Below, piece after piece: positions 47,804 through 57,330 of a stretch of DNA of 64,000 nt. The notes beneath the pieces are model-generated. The model had not been told where the DNA came from and searched no databases. It was given only the letters and a program-made list of their open reading frames with translations. The first letter of the stretch is position 1. The number at the start of each line of letters is the position of its first letter. The stretch covers positions 249,013-313,012 of the forward strand of contig CAYQZQ010000001.1 of NCBI GenBank assembly GCA_964422035.1. Reading direction: 5' to 3'. The translations under genes were made by a program, and so were the position numbers. This DNA comes from an uncultured Pseudomonadales bacterium (lineage in GTDB: Bacteria; Patescibacteriota; Microgenomatia; UBA1400; Chazhemtobacteraceae).

Positions 47804-48633
47804 GTTATGTCAGCAAAGAATTTTTCAGTGAGATTAAAGTAGACAAGTCCAAGGATAAGTGCTAATACAGCGGCTACAGATGATATTGCCAAATTGAAAG
47901 TATTTAGAGAAGATGAAAATGCAAGACTGCTTCTAACCGCCTCAATAACTCCTGTCATGGGGTTGAGAGCTAGTATGAATTGATTTGATTCCCGAACTAT
48001 GGAGGTGGGATAAATGACAGGCGCAACAAAAATCAGAAGCTGGATAAAGAAGGGTAGGATATAGCGCACATCGCGATATTTGACATTAATAGAGGCAAGC
48101 AGAGTTCCCAGCCCGGAGGCAGCAATGAAGGTAATTAAGAAGCCCAAGGGGACTATCCATAACGAAGAAAGAGTTGGAGGGTGAGAGAAATACAAAGAAG
48201 CTAGAAGTAAAAGAGCTAGATTAATAACAAAGTCTATTGAGCTGGTGATGACTGATGATAGGGGTAAAATAAGGCGAGGAAAATATACTTTTTTAATTAG
48301 GTGTTCGTTGGATATAAATGAGTTGGCAGCATTGGTGAGCGATTGAGAAAAAAAGTTCCAGAAAACTAAACCGGTGAGGACAAAAAGAGGATAGGGCAGA
48401 TCTCCTGATGGTACTTTGGCTAGTTTGCCGAAAAAAACGGTAAAGATAAAGGTACTCATAAGTGGCTGGAGAATGACCCAAAGGATGCCTAGGACAGTTT
48501 GTTTGTAACGAACTTTGATATTACGCCAAGCAAAGATAATTAAGAGTTCTCGATAGCGATATAGTTCTTTGAGATCTGGTAAGAAAGAACTACCTTTGGG
48601 TTTGATAGTGATAGTGTGAGGATTTTTACTCAT
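47800..48633 (-). CDS. wzm: ABC-2 type polysaccharide export permease (Wzm/TagG-like)
   Basis: 6-TM ABC-2 permease pattern. The track start is at 48690, but the likely start is MSKNPHT at 48633, whose ATG overlaps the upstream methyltransferase TGA as ATGA. Confidence 0.75.
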   Translation of the reverse strand: MSKNPHTITIKPKGSSFLPDLKELYRYRELLIIFAWRNIKVRYKQTVLGILWVILQPLMSTFIFTVFFGKLAKVPSGDLPYPLFVLTGLVFWNFFSQSLTNAANSFISNEHLIKKVYFPRLILPLSSVITSSIDFVINLALLLLASLYFSHPPTLSSLWIVPLGFLITFIAASGLGTLLASINVKYRDVRYILPFFIQLLIFVAPVIYPTSIVRESNQFILALNPMTGVIEAVRSSLAFSSSLNTFNLAISSVAAVLALILGLVYFNLTEKFFADIT

Positions 48634-49346
48634 ATGTTTTCTTTTTTGATTGCAACCATGATTATATTGGATGCAAGCAGTTGTGGCCAAAGTTGTCTGA
48701 TATTAAACAATAAGCCTGACTGGGTTTTTTTGATGATTTGAAAGTTGTGCTGCCTTAAAAGATCGGTTAGAGATCTGTGAGTAAAGTAGTGAAGATGACC
48801 GATGTCATAGTCACTCTGTCCTGAGCCAGTGCGCGGCAGTTTACCCAATAAGATACTAAGGCGGCGAGGTAAAAATGCGAGATTGGGAACCTCAATTATC
48901 AACTGGCCACCTAGTTTAAGTATACGATGGACTTCTTTGAGAACAAAATTGACATCAAAGACGTGTTCTAAAACTGCTACCATGGTGATGGTGCCAAAAT
49001 AGTTGCTTTGATAGTCGGTTTTGTTGTCAATATTGTGGACTGATAGTGTAGTATCGAGTTTTTCTGAGTTTAGGTTTTTGTTGGCTTGCTTAACAAGATC
49101 TTTTGAGATATCAAGCCCATGTAACTGACTGAAGCCTTTATCGCTGGCTTTGATGAGAAGATTGCCTGCGCCTGTTCCAATATCAAGAATATTTCCGCCT
49201 GGTTTTAGGAGATTGACAACGGCATCGGTGCGGTGGAGTTCATAGTTGATTAGAGAGTAGTGGATTCTTTCAAGTAAGGTGAGGTCTTTGCTGTTCTTGT
49301 TGAGTCTTTTTTGGTAGAAATGAGTGGCAGTGTTGTTATTTGGCAT
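48630..49346 (-). CDS. Class I SAM-dependent methyltransferase
   Basis: ILDIGTGAGNLLIKASDKGFSQLHGLDIS (motif I plus the post-I acidic residue). Confidence 0.75.
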   Translation of the reverse strand: MPNNNTATHFYQKRLNKNSKDLTLLERIHYSLINYELHRTDAVVNLLKPGGNILDIGTGAGNLLIKASDKGFSQLHGLDISKDLVKQANKNLNSEKLDTTLSVHNIDNKTDYQSNYFGTITMVAVLEHVFDVNFVLKEVHRILKLGGQLIIEVPNLAFLPRRLSILLGKLPRTGSGQSDYDIGHLHYFTHRSLTDLLRQHNFQIIKKTQSGLLFNIRQLWPQLLASNIIMVAIKKENI

Positions 49347-50442
49347 AGTGATGGTATAGATTTTCTATTTGACTCAGGTGTTTTTTCCAAGTGAACTGTT
49401 TTATTATTTTATCTCCTTTTTTTGTTTTTTGAGATGAAAGTTTGTCTGACGAAATAAGCTTCTCTAATGCTTTGCAAATATCTTTGGGCTCTTGAGGATC
49501 AAAGTAGACTGCGGCATCTTGTAGGATTTCAGGAAAGGTGTTGTTTTGGGCAGCTGCGATAGGGGTGTGGCAGGCTAGAGCTTCAAGAGACGGGAGACCA
49601 AAACCTTCATAAAACGAAGGAAGGGCACAGAGTCTGGCTGTCTTCATAATTTTTATTACTTTGGCGTAGTTTACCCAGCCAAGGAAGTTGACTCTATTGT
49701 CTAAGTTGTTTTTTTTAATGATATTCTTGATTTCATTTTGGGCTTTGCCTTGGCTGCCGGAGATGATTAACTTGTAGTGTTTGAATTCTTTATCTTGAAT
49801 TAGGAGAGTGTAGGCTTGGACTAAGTTTTTGAGATTTTTATGAGGGTGAGTGGCAGAGGGGGTGAAGATGATTGGATCGCGTTTTTTGAGAGGTGTCTTG
49901 TCTTGTGAAGGTAGTGGTGTTCCCCAGGATATTTTTTTGATTGGGGTAAGTTTGGTTAGCAAAGGGAAGTTATCTTGGATTTGTTTTTTGATTGCATCAG
50001 TAGCAGTGATAATTTGGTTATTGGTTACGATAACCAGAGGCAAAAGAAGCCTGTAAGCCAATCTGGTAAGTATAGGGACTGTTTGAGGGTGGGGTTGGTA
50101 TTGGAGGTCGTGAATGACTGTTATCTTAGGGCAAGGAGTGATAGGAGGCGAAGTGTAGCCTAAGGAATGAAGTAGATCCGATTTGTTACACAATAAATAG
50201 AAGGGGAGAATTATGATTTCAATTAGAATTCTTTTTATTTTGTTTTTAGCTGAGTTAATTATTGGTTTTAGGTTTATATTTTGGTATTGATACTTTTGAG
50301 TAAAACTTTTGGTGCAATAGACGTCTACTTGATTGTTTGTAGCGAATTGTTTATCAAGTTCTTTGAGGAAGCAAGTTGATATAATCTCAGTCCCCCCTAC
50401 TCTACCCGGCTCCAAAAACAAAATATTAATTGCAATTTTCAT
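49336..50442 (-). CDS. GT4-family glycosyltransferase
   Basis: EGFGLPSLEALACHTPIAAAQNNTFPEILQDAAVYFDP. Confidence 0.8.
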   Translation of the reverse strand: MKIAINILFLEPGRVGGTEIISTCFLKELDKQFATNNQVDVYCTKSFTQKYQYQNINLKPIINSAKNKIKRILIEIIILPFYLLCNKSDLLHSLGYTSPPITPCPKITVIHDLQYQPHPQTVPILTRLAYRLLLPLVIVTNNQIITATDAIKKQIQDNFPLLTKLTPIKKISWGTPLPSQDKTPLKKRDPIIFTPSATHPHKNLKNLVQAYTLLIQDKEFKHYKLIISGSQGKAQNEIKNIIKKNNLDNRVNFLGWVNYAKVIKIMKTARLCALPSFYEGFGLPSLEALACHTPIAAAQNNTFPEILQDAAVYFDPQEPKDICKALEKLISSDKLSSQKTKKGDKIIKQFTWKKHLSQIENLYHHYAK

Positions 50443-51563
50443 AAACTGTTAATTGTTTGATGAAAGTTGTCAGCGGCATGTGTGGGAGTAAAGTTTTGAA
50501 TAATTTTGAGACTGTATTTTGACATTCTCTCTTTGTCAGTAAGGATTTCCTGAACCTTATCTGCAAGTTCTGAAATAGAATCCGGTTGAAAAGTAAAGCC
50601 ATTTTTATCTGATTTAACTAAATCTGAAGCAGCACCACATTTGCTTGAGACTATAACCGGAAGACCTGAAGCCATAGCTTCGTTGACCACTAGCCCCCAA
50701 ACTTCTTCATAAGACGGTACAACAAGTAGATCTGCCAGGTTGTATATAGCTGGCATGTGTTGATAGGGAATATGATCTGAAAAGTGTACTTCATGGAGTC
50801 CTAGACTGCTAACCTGTTCTTCTAACTTCTGCTTTAAAGGACCATAGCCTTGTAAGATCAGACCTATCTTTTTTCCCTTTTGTTGCAAATTTGAGACAGC
50901 CTCTATGAGAGTGGAAACATTTTTCCTCTCAATAAACTGGCCAACATAAAGAATATACTGCCAATTTGATTTTAGAGAAAGTTTACTTTTTAACCCTTCG
51001 ACAAAGGTCTGATTTTGATAACTATTGAAGTGCTTAGTATCAATATTGTTATAAGCAATACTAATATCTTTTTTGTTTGCCCCCAAGCTTTGTAGATATT
51101 GTTTAGACTTACTACCAATGGCAATATATTTATCAGCTAGGCTGACAAGAAGCTTGGTGTATGGTTTGGTAATCCGCCTGAGAAAGCTCTTTTCACTTTC
51201 TGTGCTGCCGGACCAGAGAATTAATTTGTAACCAATAAGGGGTTTTAAGAGAATAGCTAGCTGTATAGTAATGTCTAGCCAGCCAGAAACAATTACCACA
51301 TCATCTTTATTCAAAGAAAAAAGCCATTTAATGGTTTTGGGGTTAATGTTTATTTCGTTCCAGTCTTTAAGACCAAAACCAAATTTAATACCTGATTCAA
51401 CTCGAGATTTAAATCCAGTGTCTTGTGATGTTTCCCAGCACCTGTTTTTTGCTGATGAGCTTAAGAAGATAATTTCAAGCTCATCATTTAACAGATCACT
51501 AAGTTTTTTGAAGAAAGTAAAACGGTAAGGAGTTATGGTCGGATGGATGATGTAAATACTCAT
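50439..51563 (-). CDS. GT4-family glycosyltransferase
   Basis: EVWGLVVNEAMASGLPVIVSSKCGAASDLV. Confidence 0.8.
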   Translation of the reverse strand: MSIYIIHPTITPYRFTFFKKLSDLLNDELEIIFLSSSAKNRCWETSQDTGFKSRVESGIKFGFGLKDWNEININPKTIKWLFSLNKDDVVIVSGWLDITIQLAILLKPLIGYKLILWSGSTESEKSFLRRITKPYTKLLVSLADKYIAIGSKSKQYLQSLGANKKDISIAYNNIDTKHFNSYQNQTFVEGLKSKLSLKSNWQYILYVGQFIERKNVSTLIEAVSNLQQKGKKIGLILQGYGPLKQKLEEQVSSLGLHEVHFSDHIPYQHMPAIYNLADLLVVPSYEEVWGLVVNEAMASGLPVIVSSKCGAASDLVKSDKNGFTFQPDSISELADKVQEILTDKERMSKYSLKIIQNFTPTHAADNFHQTINSL

Positions 51564-51583
51564 AAATAAGCTGTGTTGTAACT

Positions 51584-52969
51584 TTATTCTATCACTGAGG
51601 CTTTTAATTTATTGTTTGCGTCTAAGACAGTTATTAGAACTGAAGTTCCAGGGTCACGAGGAAAATCTGTCGCGGGGTACTTGTGTTGGAGATAGTCCCA
51701 CCAAATGGCGATGTTACCTTTAATTTCTTCTTTGTATCGAGGTGAAGGAGGTTGTTGAAAAGAGATGTTATACCGGCTAGGGAAAGATGGGTGAAGTTGT
51801 TTAATAAATGATTGATGATTGGTAAAGAGGTGTGGGTGAGCGTAGTTAGGATTGATGGTCCTGATGGCGTGCGTAACAAGGAACGGATTAATGTGTCCGG
51901 AGCCCGAAAGAAGAGAGATAGTAAATGGAATAAAAGAAAGAAGGGCTAGTCGCTTCAATTTGGTAGTCTTCTTGAAATACAAAATGAATATATCTAAGAA
52001 ATAGTAAAGGTAGAGTGCAAAAATAGGTAGATAGTAAACATATTGACGAGGAGTAAAAAAAAATGATTGAGAACGGGTAACTAAGAATGAAACCGGGCCC
52101 AGAATAATCCAGCCTAAAGAGGTTAGAGTAGCCTTGAAGCTGGCTTTGCGAGAGTTGAGATAATGATAGAGACTTAAGACTGAACCAGTAATAATTAGAG
52201 GGATAAAGTTTCGGTAGTATTCCCAAAACAATGAGAAAGATGTATCAAAGTTCCAAGAATGAACATGGCGAGCATAAAAAACGGACACCAAAGAAGCAAT
52301 TAAGACACTGATTATAGGCTTACTTACCCTGAACTCTGAATGAAATATAAGTTGAGAAAATAGAAGTGTAGATAACAGGGTGGCAAACTGAAAAATACTG
52401 GCCGTAGAGGTTGCGGCCAGAGCCAAAAGGGTAATCGTAAAAAGGATTAATGGTTTATTGTTGAGCTCAATAACGTAAAGCAGTAAGAACGAAAGAGAGA
52501 TCCATAAGCTGTATGGTCGCATCTGACTGGCATATTGAACCATAGCAGGATTAAAGAGAAATAAGGGCAGGCTGAGGGTGAAAAACAAGAAGTATTTAAG
52601 TTTTTTGTAGAGATAGATTAGATAGGTAATGATTCCAATCGTAAAGTGAGTTGCTAAGAGATAGTAAAGACGAAAGTACTGATGGGGTGCGAGAAACAAA
52701 TATTTTAGTGGTTTACGTATTAAGTAGAAAATCCGAAGGATAAAGTAATCAAGAGGGGCCGGGCTACCTTGATAAGCAACTCCTAACAAGATCGATTTTA
52801 AACTAGAAGTAGATATAGTTCTATTGAAACTCGCTAATTCATCTATCCAAAACAATTTTTGATTGGCAAGCTCAAACCAATTGAGAGAGAAGAGTGTAAG
52901 TTGGGCAAAAATCAGCAAAAGACAAAATAGATAGAGGGTTTTTTTATTTTTTAGGTTCATTACCAGCAA
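51584..52969 (-). CDS. GT-C fold glycosyltransferase candidate (DE first-loop motif)
   Basis: LFWIDELASFNRT follows TM1. About 12 TM helices. Confidence 0.5.
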   Translation of the reverse strand: MLVMNLKNKKTLYLFCLLLIFAQLTLFSLNWFELANQKLFWIDELASFNRTISTSSLKSILLGVAYQGSPAPLDYFILRIFYLIRKPLKYLFLAPHQYFRLYYLLATHFTIGIITYLIYLYKKLKYFLFFTLSLPLFLFNPAMVQYASQMRPYSLWISLSFLLLYVIELNNKPLILFTITLLALAATSTASIFQFATLLSTLLFSQLIFHSEFRVSKPIISVLIASLVSVFYARHVHSWNFDTSFSLFWEYYRNFIPLIITGSVLSLYHYLNSRKASFKATLTSLGWIILGPVSFLVTRSQSFFFTPRQYVYYLPIFALYLYYFLDIFILYFKKTTKLKRLALLSFIPFTISLLSGSGHINPFLVTHAIRTINPNYAHPHLFTNHQSFIKQLHPSFPSRYNISFQQPPSPRYKEEIKGNIAIWWDYLQHKYPATDFPRDPGTSVLITVLDANNKLKASVIE

Positions 52970-54356
52970 TTATATAGACTGATTGACCAAAGGGCGGTTT
53001 TATGCTCTTTTCAACCAATTTCATTAGAGGAACAATCATTTGGTCAAAGATAGAAATCTGACCTGAGAGTGTTTGACTCGATGGAGTTGTGCACAAAAGC
53101 TTGTTTAGGTACCAACCAAAGGCACCGATGATATTGAAGTACTTTGATTTGATAATTTTGAAATCATTTTTTTTGAGCAGCTGAGAAAGTGAGTGATGGT
53201 TGTATCTTCTGTAATGACTGACGCTTTTATCCCATCGGCTGTAAAGGCGTTGGTGAGCAGGAACAAAGATAAATATTTTACCCCGTGATTTTAGGATTTT
53301 TTTAATATTTTGAATCATCTGCTCTTGGTTTTTTACATGCTCAAGAGTATTGATAAGAACTACTAAGTCATATTTGCGTGGCAATTCTTTTGCCTGATCG
53401 ACTTGTGATAGATCAAGAATCCATGGCTCGACATTGCGATGTGACTTGAATTTATTTTTTAACTGCTGATGATATTGCTCATCTACTTCTAGGATGTCTA
53501 AGTGTTGTGCGCGGGGAGCAATCAAAGAAGAAAAAGTGCCTATTCCCCCGCCAATTTCAAGGACATTCCCCTTAATGTAGTGACAGAATTGACTAAATAT
53601 CCAGTTGTTATAGTTCTCGGCTTGGGAAACTTTGTGTAAACCGGTAACTAGCTGGTTGGGTGGAAAAAACTTATACTTTAAAAGGGTTTGGATGGCTACT
53701 AAGCCGTCTTTCCAATTGATCTTTTTGCCCTGTTTAACACTTCGCGGTTGGTAGCTGATAGGAAGCTCAATTATCTTTTCACCTCTTAGACCAAGTTTGG
53801 CTGTTACTTCGGGGCAAAACTCAAATCCAGTACACTCAAGATTTAGATTTTTTAGAAGATCAGTTTTTATGAGCTTGTAGCAGGTCGGCTCGTCGGTTAT
53901 TTCAAGACCAAAGAGAAGATTAGCCAGTTGGGTGACAAATTTGCCCCCAAGATAGAAGAAGCGACTTGAATAAATTCCCCTTTGAGCATATTTAAAGCGA
54001 GAACCGTAGACGACATTGGTTTTATCTTTTAAGACTGGGTAGATCAGAACTTCAAGATCCTTGGGGTTGTATTCCAAATCTGCATCCTGAATAACTGTAA
54101 AACTTCCGGTGGCTTCTTCTAGACCTGTTCGAATAGCACTACCTTTTCCTTTATTTATGTCATGGAATTTCTTTATGAGTGGTTTTGTAGTCTTAACTTT
54201 TTTGATTATTTGAGTCGAACCATCAGTTGAACCATCATCCACCATAATAATTTGCACATCGAGATCTATGGAGTCAACTTTAGAGACAAGTTCTTTGATG
54301 GTGTTTTTCTCATTATACACAGGGATTATAACAGATAGTATGGGAGGTTGATTCAC
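52944..54356 (-). CDS. Bifunctional GT2 glycosyltransferase (N-terminal) and class I SAM methyltransferase (C-terminal)
   Basis: N-terminal LSVIIPVYNEKNTIKELVSKV...IMVDDGSTDGS...DADL. C-terminal VLEIGGGIGTFSSLIAPRAQHLDILEVD. Confidence 0.75.
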   Translation of the reverse strand: MNQPPILSVIIPVYNEKNTIKELVSKVDSIDLDVQIIMVDDGSTDGSTQIIKKVKTTKPLIKKFHDINKGKGSAIRTGLEEATGSFTVIQDADLEYNPKDLEVLIYPVLKDKTNVVYGSRFKYAQRGIYSSRFFYLGGKFVTQLANLLFGLEITDEPTCYKLIKTDLLKNLNLECTGFEFCPEVTAKLGLRGEKIIELPISYQPRSVKQGKKINWKDGLVAIQTLLKYKFFPPNQLVTGLHKVSQAENYNNWIFSQFCHYIKGNVLEIGGGIGTFSSLIAPRAQHLDILEVDEQYHQQLKNKFKSHRNVEPWILDLSQVDQAKELPRKYDLVVLINTLEHVKNQEQMIQNIKKILKSRGKIFIFVPAHQRLYSRWDKSVSHYRRYNHHSLSQLLKKNDFKIIKSKYFNIIGAFGWYLNKLLCTTPSSQTLSGQISIFDQMIVPLMKLVEKSIKPPFGQSVYIIAGNEPKK

Positions 54357-54433
54357 AAGTAACCCGTTTAATTTATAAATAATTGAGCTTCATGACAGCA
54401 TATCATAGCTCTAAAAAGACAGGGTCTTTACTA

Positions 54434-55768
54434 CTATGAAAGCTTGTTAGAATTGATCAATTGATGACGCTTAATATTGTAGGTTATTTTTTTCCAAAGA
54501 GTGCGTAACTTTTGGAAGATTTTACCCACAACATCAGGTCTAACTTTGGAGACAAGATGTCTGGCTGGTTTGGTGCCCAAGAGCAGAAATAAGCTGCTGA
54601 TAACAATCTCCATAAGATAACGAGAGAAAGGGAAGCCTTTGATTTGATAGCCATAATCTGGAACAGGGAAGCCTAATTTTTTAAGAAACTGGATACGAAT
54701 AAAAGCTCCACGTTTTTTTAAATCATAACCATGTGAGTGCATCTTGATGGCTTTGTCTTTTGAGATATTTTTTAAGCTGATAACACCTTGGTGCTGCATC
54801 TTTTCAAGAATATTTTGGCCCTTTTGAGACCTGACTATGACCATGGAAAAACCCTTACCTTTTTGTTCATATTTGGGAGCCCATGCATCACCGACTGAGA
54901 TGTCAGTAAACTCATTAGTCAGATCAGTAGAAAGAAGGCTACGTTTGACAATGTGAAATGGAATCAGGTAGTTAGCATAGAACTTAGGTAGTTTAATGAC
55001 TTCTCCCGATTGGAGGACGATTTTGGTGTATCCAGGCCACTTTCCTTCTCGGAAAGACAGACTTTTTATTTTTTTATGATCATCGATACCATAGGACTTA
55101 AGTAGGTATTTGATTGAACTGAAGTGCAAGGTATTGCCGTAGAAGGGACCAATTATGTATTTGATTTTTTTAACGACCTCATCATTGACCATTTGCAATT
55201 TGCGAATTGAATGGACTTGAGGAGGAATACCAACAAGGGCGAGGTTTTCCTGAGAATCAGTTACATGAGAGAGGGCCTGATTATTGGAGCTTAATAGATA
55301 TTTACTACCAGCCGCAGAGATGATTTGCTCGGGGGTGGTAGCAATAAAAGGTCTGGTAAGCCATGGTTTCTTTTCATCCATGCCTAAAACCACTGCTCCA
55401 GAGATTTTTTTGTTTTGCAAAAGCCAAAGGAGAACCTGGGTAATGATTCCTCCGCTACTAGCCAGTCGTCTAATTTTTTGGTTGGTGGTAAAACCTATGT
55501 GTAGTGACCGGTAATGCCCCAGATACTGATCTCTTTTTGGAGAATTGTAAACAAATTGATTTAAACGCGGAAAGTTAACATTTTGAGCTGGACAGCCAGT
55601 CCAGATTCTTTTTGCCAGGTCGTCTTCTAAATCGATTGGTATCTTGGGTAGATAATTACCCTCCTTATCTTTAAATTTAATTTTCCCCTGAGAGAGCCCT
55701 ATGCAAGTACCACAACGGTTACATAAACCGTTTTTGGTAACGTCAATGAGTTTATTTTTTGCAGACAT
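54434..55768 (-). CDS. FrhB/FdhB-like protein (coenzyme F420 hydrogenase beta-subunit family) with N-terminal Cys cluster
   Basis: CNRCGTCIGL...WTGCPAQN (four Cys, consistent with a 4Fe-4S site), followed by a long FrhB_C-like region. This family recurs in polysaccharide loci next to pyruvyl/acyl-modifying enzymes. Confidence 0.45.
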   Translation of the reverse strand: MSAKNKLIDVTKNGLCNRCGTCIGLSQGKIKFKDKEGNYLPKIPIDLEDDLAKRIWTGCPAQNVNFPRLNQFVYNSPKRDQYLGHYRSLHIGFTTNQKIRRLASSGGIITQVLLWLLQNKKISGAVVLGMDEKKPWLTRPFIATTPEQIISAAGSKYLLSSNNQALSHVTDSQENLALVGIPPQVHSIRKLQMVNDEVVKKIKYIIGPFYGNTLHFSSIKYLLKSYGIDDHKKIKSLSFREGKWPGYTKIVLQSGEVIKLPKFYANYLIPFHIVKRSLLSTDLTNEFTDISVGDAWAPKYEQKGKGFSMVIVRSQKGQNILEKMQHQGVISLKNISKDKAIKMHSHGYDLKKRGAFIRIQFLKKLGFPVPDYGYQIKGFPFSRYLMEIVISSLFLLLGTKPARHLVSKVRPDVVGKIFQKLRTLWKKITYNIKRHQLINSNKLS

Positions 55769-56462
55769 AGAATTGGCGAATACCTAATTCCGAGATGAAT
55801 GTATTCTGAAAGCGTTTGATAATTTTTTCTGCCAATGACTTGATAACGGTAGGACCTAAGGGAAGCAATAGGGTACCCTTGTGGCTAATAAGCTTCCATC
55901 CCGACTTTTCCAGCAAATCTTTGACTTGTCTTGAGGTCAGGAAGCGATGAGGGCCTTCACCGTGACCGCCATAAAAGAAGGTATAGACCCTGTAGGGGAT
56001 TTCTGCTGTGGCCGGTGGGCAACTTAAGACCAGAGTTGCATCATCCTTGGCCACTCGATGCAGTTGTTTAAGAAATTCCAAAGGGCGGGAGACATGCTCT
56101 AGTGTTTCCAGGCTGACGATGACATCAAAGCTTTGATCTTCAAGGGGGAGTTGAGAATAAGTGGAGATTTTGACCTGCTTGGCTTTAGGATACAGGCGTT
56201 TGGCTTGGGAGATTAACTTTGAGGATATTTCTGCATTAACTAGTTGGCAGGAAGGGCAGGCTTTTTTTATGAAGGGGTAAAGACCGCTATCACGACTGGA
56301 TATATTCAGTATCTTTTGATTTTTTTTGAGATCGAGAAGTTCTAGAGTTTGGTGGAAGCGTTGATTGTGAGCTTGGTCGACTTTTTGGTTTTCTCTTATA
56401 TAAATGTCGGCTACGCTATTCCAAAACTTTTCTACTTGTTTGTCTGTCCAAGTATTTTGCAT
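55752..56462 (-). CDS. Class I SAM-dependent methyltransferase
   Basis: KILNISSRDSGLY... and DVIVSLETLEHV (motif II/III). The MTase fold signature is weak at motif I. Confidence 0.55.
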   Translation of the reverse strand: MQNTWTDKQVEKFWNSVADIYIRENQKVDQAHNQRFHQTLELLDLKKNQKILNISSRDSGLYPFIKKACPSCQLVNAEISSKLISQAKRLYPKAKQVKISTYSQLPLEDQSFDVIVSLETLEHVSRPLEFLKQLHRVAKDDATLVLSCPPATAEIPYRVYTFFYGGHGEGPHRFLTSRQVKDLLEKSGWKLISHKGTLLLPLGPTVIKSLAEKIIKRFQNTFISELGIRQFYVCKK

Positions 56463-56463
56463 G

Positions 56464-57330
56464 TTAAGTGGATTTTTGTTTTAAATTAAGCATCGATATT
56501 TGGTCTGCCAACAACCCAAAGAAGAAGAGCAGCATGCCTAAAACAGTGATTAGAATAGAGCTATTGGGGACTCTGGGACCGATGATAAAGCCATAGAGAG
56601 CCCATGATAATCCTAAAAAAGTAGTAGTTAAACTGGCTGGAAAAAAAAGCTTCAAAGGGTTAAAAAGCATGATAATACGCATAATTAAGAGTAAAGTTTT
56701 GCTGCCGTCTTTGATTAAGTTCAAATTACTGGGACGACCTTGTCTTTTTTTGGTTTTGATGGGAAAGGTGGCTACATCGTGACCCAGTTTATAAAAAGCA
56801 AAAGTGGAGGTGGTAGAAAATGAAAACCCATTAGGCATTAAGTGAAGTAAGTTGAAGATCTTTTGGCGGTGAAAACCCCGAAAACCAGAGTTAAAGTCTG
56901 GTAGATCCTGTTCTAGAAGATACTGGCCAAGTTTTTTCAAAACTGCTTTGCCAAGCAACCTAGATTGATGTTGAGAGCTTTCGTCGGTTCTCTCTCCTAT
57001 GACCAAGGGGTGCTTGGGTAAAAGTTTTTTCAGCTGATCTAGATATTTTATTGAGTGCTGACCGTCTGAATCCATGGTTATGATAAACTCAGTTTGGCTG
57101 TATCGAATACCGGTTTTTAGGGCAGCTCCATAGCCTTTGTTTTGAGTATGAGAGATGATCTTGATAGGGTATTTTTTAACTATTTGTGACGTTTTATCTG
57201 TAGAACCGTCATTGACAACTAGAACGTCCATTTGTTGGTGGATATTGTTTTTAATGAGCGAGTCCAAGACAGAGTTTATTGACTCGGCTTCATTGTATGC
57301 AGGAATGATGAGAGTGGTATTAGTTTTCAC
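56464..57330 (-). CDS. Polyprenyl-phosphate sugar synthase (GT2; GtrB/ArnC/DPM1-like) with C-terminal TM helices
   Basis: TLIIPAYNEAESINSVLDSL...VVNDGSTDKTSQIVKKY. Two C-terminal TM helices (LLLIMRIIMLF... and LLFFFGLLADQ) end in the ADQ/LL tail typical of GtrB-type enzymes. Confidence 0.7.
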   Translation of the reverse strand: MKTNTTLIIPAYNEAESINSVLDSLIKNNIHQQMDVLVVNDGSTDKTSQIVKKYPIKIISHTQNKGYGAALKTGIRYSQTEFIITMDSDGQHSIKYLDQLKKLLPKHPLVIGERTDESSQHQSRLLGKAVLKKLGQYLLEQDLPDFNSGFRGFHRQKIFNLLHLMPNGFSFSTTSTFAFYKLGHDVATFPIKTKKRQGRPSNLNLIKDGSKTLLLIMRIIMLFNPLKLFFPASLTTTFLGLSWALYGFIIGPRVPNSSILITVLGMLLFFFGLLADQISMLNLKQKST

